Assembly: GCA_051362555.1 (NCBI GenBank)
Contig: CM120644.1
Span: forward strand, 2,736,954-2,800,953
Direction of reading: 5' to 3'
Length of the DNA stretch: 64,000 bases
From: Lingula anatina
Lineage: Eukaryota; Animalia; Brachiopoda
The notes under the pieces were generated by a model that saw nothing but the letters and a program-made list of their open reading frames with translations, ran no database searches and was not told the origin of the DNA. Below, piece after piece: positions 14,294-23,654 of the stretch. Positions within the stretch are counted from its first letter, which is position 1, and each line of letters begins with the position of its first letter. Position numbers and translations under genes: made by a program.

Positions 14294-14455
14294 TGTAGTA
14301 AATGTGCAGTAGCTCAGTATTGTGTTAGAGAATATCAGTGTTGTGAGTGTTGTGATCTCGGGAGAATACTGGAGACTTGAGAAAAGTATGGTGCTGGGAA
14401 ATCAGATTTGGTGTCTTGTTGGTTTGAATCTAAGAACATCTTAAAGAACATCACA
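14294..14455 (+). repeat. 5' LTR
   Basis: TGTAGTAAATG...AACATCACA, identical by eye to 18740-18901. Confidence 0.97.
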
Positions 14456-14471
14456 TTGGCGACAAGGAATT

Positions 14472-17400
14472 ATGGAGGAGGAAGAACCCCAAGCAGTAAA
14501 CTTGACGCATATACCAACTTTTCCACCTTTCATCATCAGACAGGAACCGAACACCGTCTTTAAAAGATGGGGAAAATGGAAGGAAAGATTTGAAAACCTC
14601 ATGGTTGCATTGAACATCAAAAACTCGCAACAGAAGAGAGCCATGCTTTTACATTTAGCTGGTGAGGAATTTTTAGACATTTTTGAGAATCTGCCAGACA
14701 GAGGGGACTCATATGAAGATGCGGTAGCTTCTTTTGGACAGTACGTAAGACCTCATCATAATCCTGAGTTTGAAATTTACAAATTTCGAAGCTGTAAGCA
14801 AGAACCTAGTGAAACCATTGATTCATACCATATCAAACTAAGACAAATAGGAGCCAACTGTGGATTTGAAAATTTGGACAGAGAGGTTAAGTCACAAATT
14901 ATACAAGGATGTACATCCCATAAGTTGAGAAGAAAAGCTCTTAGTGACCAGACTCTCACACTGAATAACTTGCTTACACATGCTAGAGCTTTAGAGCTGT
15001 CTGAACAAAGGTCCCATATTATGGAGGGCGATACCAGTCCTACCACAGTCTATGCCGTGAAAAAATCAGCACAAGCCCAAGCACCTAAACCACACAAGCC
15101 AAGTCATAACAAGTCCAAAACACAGCCAAAACAGGGTTTCAGGGAGTGTTGGTTCTGCGGTGGAGAGTACCCACACAAAGGAGTTTGTCCTGCCAAGGGT
15201 AAAATCTGCAGAAAATGTAACAAGTTGAACCATTTCCAAATCAAATGCCGAAGTAAAGAGAACAAAACAAAACCTGATCATGCTCCTATCAGTACTGTAA
15301 ATGAAAATAAATGTAGCAAGTATATTATTGCTTTACAGGTTAGCTCACAGTCTATTGACTTTGAGCTAGATACTGGTGCGTCTGTCACGTTGATTGGGCA
15401 AGATTTGTATGAATCAAAGTTCAAAGATCACCCTTTACGTCAATCAGATTTGCATCTCACATCTTATTGCGGCAATCCTCTTAATTTATTGGGGGAAATA
15501 ACAGTCACAGTGAGTTACAATGACCAGTCTGTAGACCTACCATTAGTAGTGGTGGAGGGATCTAAACCTGCATTGTTGGGGCAAAATTGGTTAGAGAAAA
15601 TAAAGTTAGATTGGTCCAATGTCTTTTCTGTACAGAGTGACCCAAAGTTAAAGTCACTTCTGTCACAATACAAAGATGTATTTGCTCCAAGTCAAGGGTC
15701 AATCAAAGGTTTTGAAGCAGATGTTTACATTCCTGAAGGTACAACTCCCATATTCAAGAAAGCTTATAGTGTACCCTACCCTCTGCAAGATAAGGTCAAA
15801 TCTCAGCTGTTGGAGGCAGTTGAAAAGGGTCATTATACCAAAGTAGAAAGTAGTAAGTGGGCGAGTCCACAAGTCACTGTTGTAAAACCATCAGGGGATC
15901 TGAGGTTATGTGGTGACTATAAGGTCACAGTTAATACAGTACTAGACAAAGACCCATATCCACTCCCAACTATTCAGTCAGTACTAGCCAAACATGCAAA
16001 AGGGAAATTCAGATCTAAAATAGATTTGCGCGAAGCATTTTCCCAGTTAAAATTGAGTGAGAAGTCAAAACAATATCTCACGATTAACACTTTGATTGGT
16101 TTGTTACGCCCAGAGCGAATGCCGTATGGTATTACGACTGCTCCGCAGCAGTTTCAACGCGTTATGGATCAAGTGTTGGATGGTATTGAGGAGGCTGCTT
16201 GTTCTATTGATGATATACTCATCACTACTGACACAGTAGAAGAACATTACATAGCACTACAACGTGTGCTGCAGAGACTCCGTCAGTACAATATCCGTGC
16301 GCGTTTGTCAAAGTGTAGTTTCATTCAGAAACGTATTGATATTCTTGGTCATACACTGGATGAAAGTGGTATACATCCAAGTGCCAAGAACATAGAAAAT
16401 ATCATGAATATGCCCAAGCCTGAAAATGTTTCAGAGCTCAAGTCATTCCTGGGAATGTTAAACTTTTATGGGAAATTCATAAAGAACATGTCTACTCAGG
16501 TGTCCACACTAAACAGGCTCTTAAGCAAAAATGTAGAGTGGAACTGGACAAAGGAGTGTGATGCTGCATTTAATGCTGCCAAGTCTGCTATTTCTGCAGA
16601 GTCATGTCTCACACCCTATGATCCAAAACGGCCAATCGTATTAGCTTGTGATGCATCATCAGTGGGGATTGGTGCAGTCATAAGTCATATTATGGAAGAT
16701 GGTTCTGAACGCCCCATTGAAACAGCCTCTCGTACTCTTTCTAAAGCAGAAAAGAATTATGCTCAAATTGAGAAAGAGGCTTTAGCCATCATATTTGGTG
16801 TGAAGAAATTCCACATGTATTTATATGGAAGAGAGTTTACTCTTATTACAGACCATCTGCCTCTTGTGAAAATATTCAATTCACATACTGGTATACCGTC
16901 ATTAGCTGCAGCTAGAATGCAACGCTGGAGTTTGATTCTGTCAGCTTACAATTACAAGATAAAATATAGAAAGTCTGCTGACAATGCAAGTGCAGATTGC
17001 TTTTCACGGTTACCAAATAAAAATTCTGAGCCTAGTGAGGATAACGAGTTTGTTGTCCATTGTGTGTCTTTCACAGAAGAATTACCTGTGAAAGCGAGTG
17101 ATATTAGCAAAGCCACTATGAAGGACCCAGTCTTGTCCAGAGTGTATGATTTCACTCTTAATGGTTGGCCAAGCTATGTCAAAGATGATTCTTTGATGCC
17201 TTACTTTAGACGCAGAAATGAACTTACTGTTGACCAAGGTTGCATACTTTGGGGATTACGTGTCATCATACCACCTTGTTATCGTGACCGTTTACTTCGT
17301 GAATTACACGAAGAACATCATGGGATTGTTAGAATGAAGTCCTTAGCTAGAGGGTACTTGTGGTGGCCTGGACTAGATTCTGGAATTGAGTCTTTGGTCT

Positions 17401-17660
17401 CTGGATGTGATGAATGTCAATCAAACAGAGCCTTGCCAGCTGTTGCACCACTGATCCCATGGTCTTTCCCTTCACGTGTGTGGGAGAGGGTCCATATTGA
17501 TTTCTTTGAGAAAGACAATCGTTCTTATTTGATACTGATTGATGCATATTCGAAGTGGATAGAAGTAGAAGAAATGCAATCTACTACTGCTTCGAAAACA
17601 ATTGATGTTTTACGTTCGTGGTTTGCAAGAGCAGGTTTGCCTGAGATTATTGTCAGATAA
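14472..17660 (+). CDS. Gag-Pol polyprotein: Gag, protease, RT, RNase H and integrase N-terminus
   Basis: Zinc knuckles CWFC..H..C and CRKC....H....C. Protease LDTGA. RT motifs LRLCGDYK, IDLREAF, MPYG and SIDD. RNase H motifs CDAS, NYAQIEKE and TDH. Integrase HHCC and HIDFF. Confidence 0.95.
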   Translation: MEEEEPQAVNLTHIPTFPPFIIRQEPNTVFKRWGKWKERFENLMVALNIKNSQQKRAMLLHLAGEEFLDIFENLPDRGDSYEDAVASFGQYVRPHHNPEFEIYKFRSCKQEPSETIDSYHIKLRQIGANCGFENLDREVKSQIIQGCTSHKLRRKALSDQTLTLNNLLTHARALELSEQRSHIMEGDTSPTTVYAVKKSAQAQAPKPHKPSHNKSKTQPKQGFRECWFCGGEYPHKGVCPAKGKICRKCNKLNHFQIKCRSKENKTKPDHAPISTVNENKCSKYIIALQVSSQSIDFELDTGASVTLIGQDLYESKFKDHPLRQSDLHLTSYCGNPLNLLGEITVTVSYNDQSVDLPLVVVEGSKPALLGQNWLEKIKLDWSNVFSVQSDPKLKSLLSQYKDVFAPSQGSIKGFEADVYIPEGTTPIFKKAYSVPYPLQDKVKSQLLEAVEKGHYTKVESSKWASPQVTVVKPSGDLRLCGDYKVTVNTVLDKDPYPLPTIQSVLAKHAKGKFRSKIDLREAFSQLKLSEKSKQYLTINTLIGLLRPERMPYGITTAPQQFQRVMDQVLDGIEEAACSIDDILITTDTVEEHYIALQRVLQRLRQYNIRARLSKCSFIQKRIDILGHTLDESGIHPSAKNIENIMNMPKPENVSELKSFLGMLNFYGKFIKNMSTQVSTLNRLLSKNVEWNWTKECDAAFNAAKSAISAESCLTPYDPKRPIVLACDASSVGIGAVISHIMEDGSERPIETASRTLSKAEKNYAQIEKEALAIIFGVKKFHMYLYGREFTLITDHLPLVKIFNSHTGIPSLAAARMQRWSLILSAYNYKIKYRKSADNASADCFSRLPNKNSEPSEDNEFVVHCVSFTEELPVKASDISKATMKDPVLSRVYDFTLNGWPSYVKDDSLMPYFRRRNELTVDQGCILWGLRVIIPPCYRDRLLRELHEEHHGIVRMKSLARGYLWWPGLDSGIESLVSGCDECQSNRALPAVAPLIPWSFPSRVWERVHIDFFEKDNRSYLILIDAYSKWIEVEEMQSTTASKTIDVLRSWFARAGLPEIIVR

Positions 17661-18501
17661 TGGACCACAGTTTACCTCAGGGGAGTTTCGTAAATTCTGT
17701 GAAATGAATGGAATAAATCACAAACTTATACCTCCGTACCATGCAAGCACGAATGGTGCCGCTGAGCGTTCAGTGCAAGTTATCAAACAAGGGCTAACAA
17801 AACATATGTTAGAGAATAGGGAAGGTTCCCGCAGTCTGAGATTATCCCAGTTAATGATGCTGTATAGAATAACTCCGCATTCAACAACTGGTGTCAGTCC
17901 TTCTGAATTGTTCATGAAGCGTCAGATTAGGTCAAAATTTTCTCTTTTGAAACCCAGCCTTTCTATGTCTGTTGAAACAAAACAGGAAAAGCAATGTCAG
18001 TATCATGACAAACGTCCCAAGTCACGTCACTTTAACCTGTATGATAAGGTCAGAGTTCGCAATTTCAGAGGGGGGCAAGAGAAATGGGTTTCTGGTTGCA
18101 TTGTGAAAGTTTGTGGACCTCAGACATATGTTGTACAAATTGGCAGATCGAAACGCTTTGTGCATATTGATCATATAATTGGTCCCACTGTTTCAAATGA
18201 AATGCCATTTTCTGATGAAGTTAATGTGACACTACCTTCGAGAGAAAATGTTGAATCTGATAATCAAACAAAGACTGAATTTGAGCAACCTGAGCCAAGG
18301 TTTTATTCAGAACCTGTTCAAATTGAGCATGAATCAGGTGATACAATGGACAATAGTGATGCAAAATTACCTGACAAATCTGAAGCTAGCAGTACATTTG
18401 TATCTGATGATGTTGAGGCTAGTCCTACTGTTGATAAACAACCAGTTCGCAGATATCCACAAAGGGAGCGCAAAGCACCTGAGAGACTAACTTACACTTG
18501 A
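17653..18501 (+). CDS. Integrase C-terminal half, reached after a frameshift
   Basis: SDNGPQF...PYHASTNGAAERSV...YRITPHSTTGVSPSEL lies in a different frame from the preceding GLPEIIV. Confidence 0.92.
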   Translation, partial: SDNGPQFTSGEFRKFCEMNGINHKLIPPYHASTNGAAERSVQVIKQGLTKHMLENREGSRSLRLSQLMMLYRITPHSTTGVSPSELFMKRQIRSKFSLLKPSLSMSVETKQEKQCQYHDKRPKSRHFNLYDKVRVRNFRGGQEKWVSGCIVKVCGPQTYVVQIGRSKRFVHIDHIIGPTVSNEMPFSDEVNVTLPSRENVESDNQTKTEFEQPEPRFYSEPVQIEHESGDTMDNSDAKLPDKSEASSTFVSDDVEASPTVDKQPVRRYPQRERKAPERLTYT

Positions 18502-18739
18502 CTGAGAAATATTACTGTCATTAAAATTTTCTAAAGACGTATTGTCTTACATGTAAGATGACCAAGGACTGTTAAAGGATTAATGAGAACTGTTGATCTG
18601 TTTACACTCTGAAGTGATTATTTAGAGTGCCTCTGAGTATTTGTAACATTTTAGTTTATTTAGTTTTGTCATTATATAAGTAAAAAAAAAAAAAATGCAC
18701 ATTTAAAGTCATTGTGGTGCATATCTCAAGAGGGAGAGA

Positions 18740-18901
18740 TGTAGTAAATGTGCAGTAGCTCAGTATTGTGTTAGAGAATATCAGTGTTGTGAGTGTTGTG
18801 ATCTCGGGAGAATACTGGAGACTTGAGAAAAGTATGGTGCTGGGAAATCAGATTTGGTGTCTTGTTGGTTTGAATCTAAGAACATCTTAAAGAACATCAC
18901 A
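18740..18901 (+). repeat. 3' LTR
   Basis: Follows the PPT and is followed by the ACCTT TSD. Confidence 0.97.
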
Positions 18902-19673
18902 ACCTTTTCTACTTAAAATAATTCATCTTAGTCTGTGACAAATTCCTCTGTTCCTCTGTTTCAATTTCAGACTGCTCTTCATTCTGCTAAAACTACCACT
19001 GGGAAAATCTTGCAGTTCTGTATCATCAGTATCTAGCAGTCTCATTTTGTTATTTTCGTGGGCTATCTCTTGAGCAATGTTCAATTTCTTCATCAAATTT
19101 TGAATGTGATAATTCATTGACTGGATGTTTTATCACTGGTTACAGAAGAACTTTAACTTGTCTGGAATAACCTTCTGGGTGTGGTGAATTTCTTCCTTTG
19201 GGAACATATACATGATGTAAAAGAAAACATCAATTATCATATGGTCCATGATCACTAACAAGAAGTGCTGAGCTTCTTTCTGCCTAAGTGGAAGTTAATT
19301 TGATGCCAATTAAGTACATGTATGCGAGTATGTGATAACTGACACAAAGTTCTTATCTTCATGTTGCGGTTTTAACAATTCCTCTCTGGAAACAAATGAC
19401 TGGTAATATTGACATTTTGATTAACGGTATCTGCTGCTGTTAGGGTTCCCATTGCTTTTGTCTTGTAGAAATGCTGGATCTTAATTGTGCCTTGTGCCTA
19501 CATCCTTGGCAAAAAGCCATACACTCTGTTTGGTCTGTAGTGTTTGCATATGTAAACAAAAACTTTAATCATGTCTCAGCATTTCCTTTAATATTAATAA
19601 TTCAGTTCGTATGTGGCACCATATTTAAGAAAAATGTCCTTTTTGCTGTTGTAGTGGATGGCCTGATATGTGC

Positions 19674-22600
19674 TCATTTTTTGGTTAAGATCTCCCTACA
19701 CAGTGTACGCTGTCCCTCTGTAATGTTTGGGTTTTCAAGAAAATAGTTAAATAATATCTCAAAACTTTTTTTACTGCTGACATACCAGTTGTTTTTATGT
19801 TGTTTTGCATGCTGTGACCATATGTTCAAGAATGTTGTCCCCTCTCTTGCTGTCAGGGATTTGGTTACGTGCATCTTGTAGAATTGTTGGAGCATGTTTT
19901 CTGATATATCCTTATTTTTTGCTAAAATTTTCATACACATGGAATGCTCTGTCTCTGTAGTGCCCATGGGGACAAAAAAATACCGCAATAGCATTGTAAC
20001 ATCTTCGTTATGTATACTCCACCTGTGTCCATGCTGTTCTACATGATATGACAGGATATTCAGGAATGATGTCCTTTCTGTTGCTGTCAGTATTCCTTTG
20101 GTGTGAATCTTGTAGAACTGTTGTAGTACATGTTCTGACATGTCCTTATCTTTGGCTAAAATATCCATACACACTGTGTGTTCTGCTTCTTTAGTGTCTG
20201 TGTTTGCAAAGAAATACCATAGTAACAACTGAGCATTTGCTTCATGTGTATTCCGGCAGCCTCCATGCCGTGCTACGTAATGTGACAGTATTTCCAGGAA
20301 GAATGTTCTTTCTGCTGCTGACAGTGTTCTTGTTGTGTGAATCTTGTACAACTTTTTTAGTAGGTGTTTTGATGTGTACTTGACCTTTGCTAAAATCTCC
20401 ATACACAATGTATGTTCTGCTTCTGTAGTGTTTTTGTTTGCAAACAAAAACTTAAGTAATACTTCAGCATTTTCTTTGATGGCAGTGAAACAGCTCTCTT
20501 GCTGTCCTGCATGCTGTAACAGCATTTTCATGAAGAATGTTCTCTCTACTGCTGACAGTGGTCTGGTGGTGTGAATTGCATAGATGTGATAAAGTAGATA
20601 TAGTGATGTGTCTTCATCCTTGGCTAAAATCTCCATACACTGTGTATCTTCTGCCTCTGTAGTATTAATGTTTTCAAAGAAATACTGTAATAACATCTCA
20701 GCATTTCCTCTACCTGAACTCCAGCTGCCTCCATGGTGCACTGCATGTTGTGTCAATATTTTCAGAAACAATGACCTGTCTGATGCAGACAGTGTTCTGG
20801 TTTTGTGAATCTTGTAGAATTGTTGGAACATGCTTTGTGATGTGTACTTATCTTTGGCTAAAATCTTCATACACAATGAATGCTCTTCCTCCGTAGTGCT
20901 TGTGTTTTCAAAGAAATACTTAAATAACATCTCAGCATTTCTTATACCTGCATCCCTACAGTATCTATGGTGCACTGCATGTCCTGACAACAAATCCAGG
21001 AACAATGCCCTCTCTGATGCTGATAGTGGTCTGGTTGTGTGAATCTTGTAGAACTGTTGAAGCATGTTTTGTGATGTGTACATATCGTTGGTTAAAATCT
21101 TCATACAATTTGCATGTTCTGTCTCTGCAGTTTCTGTGTTTGCACGGTAATACTGTAATAACATATAAAAAAATTCAGAATGCAAGCTGCAGCTTCCATA
21201 TTTTTTTGCATGTTGTGACAAAATATTCAGCAATAATGTCCTCTCTGCTTCTGACAATGTTCTGGTTGTGTGAATCTTGTAGTACTTGTGTAGTACATGT
21301 TTTGATGTTTCCTTATCCTTGGCTAAGATTTCCATACATGTTGAATGTTGCCCCTTGGTAGTATTTGTATTTTCAAAGAAATACATGAATAACATCTCGG
21401 CATTTCCTCTACCTGCATCCCTGCAGTCTCCATGTTGCTCTGCATGATGTGTCAACATTTCCAGGAATAATGTCCTCTCAGATTCTGATAGTGTCCTGGC
21501 TGTGTGAATCTTGTAGAACTGTTGTAGTAGGTGTTGTGATGTGTTCTCATCCTTGGCTAAAATCTCCATACACAGTGTATGCTCTGCCTCTGTAGATTCA
21601 TGGTTGGTAAAAAAGTACTCCATCAAAAGTTCAGCATTTCCTTCACCAGCATGCAGACATGATCCATTCTGTTTCACATGTTGTGACAGCACATCCAAGA
21701 CTAGCGTCCTCTCTTCTGCAGACATAACCATTTGTAGTTTAGTTTTTGACAAGTGGAGCTTGTATAACAATTGGAGCACAACCTCGGAGACTGCACTTTT
21801 TTGAGACAGCACTTTGATGCATTCCTTTAATGTATCAGGTGGTATTCCTATGTGGCCTATAAGTATTCGCTGAAAATCAGGCATTTCTTGACAATTCCTT
21901 ATGAGGTTATATATAAACCTGCTGATTGTCTCTATATTGGTACCAAATGTTTCATCTTTCATCAGTTGTTCTGATACAGATTTGTGGAGCTGGTTGCTTT
22001 TGCATAAAATACTTTCCAGAAATCTGTCACTTGAAAAATCATGATAAAGTCTGAGGAAGGCTTTAGAAATAGATGGCCCCTCTTTAGCAGTTGAATAGTG
22101 GGATAGAATTGTCCAATTTACTGTGAACAAAGAAAGGTTCTGCACAGTAGTATTTTCAAATATTGTCAGAAGTCTGTTTCTTAACTTTTTGCGTGTCAGC
22201 ATTGTGGTCTTATGTTCTTTGTTTGAAGATGTAAACTTCAAAAACTTTTCTTTGAGGTATTTGCACTGCTTTGCATTCTCCTCCCCCCTACACCCTAAAT
22301 ATAGAAGTTCAGTTGCAAGCTTTTCTTGACAACCCATGCTTAGTTCATTCAATTTTTCCGGTGATGCTTCGACAGTGTGATAGATCTGTACCATATGTGC
22401 AAAGCTGATAGTGTGTGCCATGAGCAATGAATGCAGTTTGTCTGGTGTTGAATTGACTGTTTCAGTATCACTGTGAGAAGGTGCCTCGGAATCCTCACTG
22501 GATGTTTCAACATCATCGACAGTGAGATCATTATTTGTGTCTGTGGAGCTAATATCACTACACTGACTACTAGACCAAAGCACATTTAGTCTACTTCCCT

Positions 22601-22798
22601 TTGAACTAGAACTGTGCTCTTTGTCTTCTTTCTGTTTGCTGCAATTGTGCTCTCCATCCATGCTGACATCACCATCATCTGTTTGGGGATCGCTATTGGC
22701 AGCATCAAATGGTTCATTATTAGAGCCAACCTGGCATTTCACTATGAGGTCATGATGGATGGATAGCCCTTCCATTTGCATAATATCACAGAGGGTGT
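19674..22798 (-). CDS. Large terminal exon (1040 codons): acidic linker, helical region and about nine 78-aa tandem repeats; probable long-isoform exon of the FADD-like gene
   Basis: Uninterrupted ORF. Acceptor CACTTTCTTTCAG| at 22799/22798 in phase 1. The CMxILAKD anchor recurs at plus-strand positions 21555, 21321, 21090, 20856, 20622, 20388, 20154, 19920 and 19683 (period mostly 234 bp). Confidence 0.85.
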
Positions 22799-23014
22799 CT
22801 GAAAGAAAGTGTAGTACACATTTTGTACAATGGTACACTGTTGATTGGATTCATTTAAGAATATGCTCATTGAGTGACAGCCAGGTGTTGGTTTACAGAC
22901 ATTTCATTCTGCTTATGTTTGAGATATTTTTTACTTGAACTGTGATTAAAAGGAAGAGATGTGAAAGATTAAAAGGATCAAAAAATAAATTGTAATTCTG
23001 CACACAGTATGGAA

Positions 23015-23040
23015 TTACATTATTTTAGCACACAGGGTTT
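23015..23040 (-). CDS. Candidate short alternative terminal exon (xTLCAKIM*)
   Basis: Acceptor TTATTCCTTCAG|AA ACC CTG TGT GCT AAA ATA ATG TAA. It is a diverged duplicate of the 22798 acceptor and has the same phase. Confidence 0.45.
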
Positions 23041-23310
23041 CTGAAGGAATAATGGAGTATAGATTTTGTACAATGGTTCACTGTTAATCAAATGTGTTAA
23101 AGATGTTTACTGGACAACAATCAGTATGGTTTTGCTAAAATTCTAATAATTTTTTATGCATTTTTTTGTGATGTATTTATGTTACATTCTGGTTAAATAG
23201 AAGAGATGTAAACAACCGAATAACTAAAGGACATTATAATTACTTCCACAGCAATTCAATTTAGGTAACTTTTTTTCTCCTATGCACCAAGTTCGACCAA
23301 TTGAGGGAAA

Positions 23311-23592
23311 TCATATAAAAATATACATAGCCATATTACTAGCAAATGCAGGCTGTTGCACAGCATACACAGCAGATACCAGTCTTGCTGTGAGTTGACC
23401 ACATGGTTTGAAGAAGTTCCTATTGAGGAAGTGCTGTAGACATTCAACACACTGTTGCTCTTCACTGTCTGGATGCCGAGATGCTATGGTTGTAATTTCA
23501 TCCTCATCCAGTCCCAGTTCAACTGCCAACTCCCTCCACATGAAGGACATTCGGGTTGATATGGTAGGGAATATTTTATCAGCAATGGTATG
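23311..23592 (-). CDS. Death domain exon (exon 3) of the FADD-like adaptor
   Basis: Acceptor TTTGCCTTCTAG| in phase 0. Translation HTIADKIFPTISTRMSFMWRELAVELGLDEDEITTIASRHPDSEEQQCVECLQHFL...RLVSAVYAV carries the WxxLAxxLGL death-domain signature. Possible internal phase-1 donor A|GTAATA at 23340. Confidence 0.88.
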   Translation of the reverse strand, partial: HTIADKIFPTISTRMSFMWRELAVELGLDEDEITTIASRHPDSEEQQCVECLQHFLNRNFFKPCGQLTARLVSAVYAVQQPAFASNMAMYIFI

Positions 23593-23654
23593 CTAGAAGG
23601 CAAACATAAAGAAAAGATTCAATTTGAATGACATTATGATGCATTAATAAATAT

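Larger units (their letters stand above)
14294..18901 (+). mobile_element. Full-length Ty3/Gypsy LTR retrotransposon (Mag-like)
   Basis: Two 162-bp TG...CA LTRs. 5-bp TSD ACCTT (14289-14293, 18902-18906). PBS TGGCGACAAGGA from 14457, resembling a tRNA-Ser(GCT) primer site. PPT AAGAGGGAGAGA at 18728-18739. Domain order gag-PR-RT-RH-IN. Confidence 0.97.

Noticed and set aside
17640-17665. Programmed ribosomal frameshift in the Gypsy pol gene
   Set aside because: The break is inside the integrase catalytic core with no slippery heptamer, so a deletion or assembly error is more likely.
21830-22450. Possible NACHT/NB-ARC domain between the death domain and the repeats
   Set aside because: No Walker A (GxxxxGK[ST]) motif is present, so it cannot be called an NLR.
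20344-22585. Several plus-strand ORFs with repeated motifs, plus one alternate-frame ORF, overlapping the large exon
   Set aside because: They are antisense or alternate-frame shadows of the 234-bp coding repeat.
22799-22838. Start of the 1054-aa ORF as called (MYHCTKC...)
   Set aside because: It begins at GTG and runs through a polypyrimidine tract ending in CAG, so it is better read as intron upstream of a splice acceptor.
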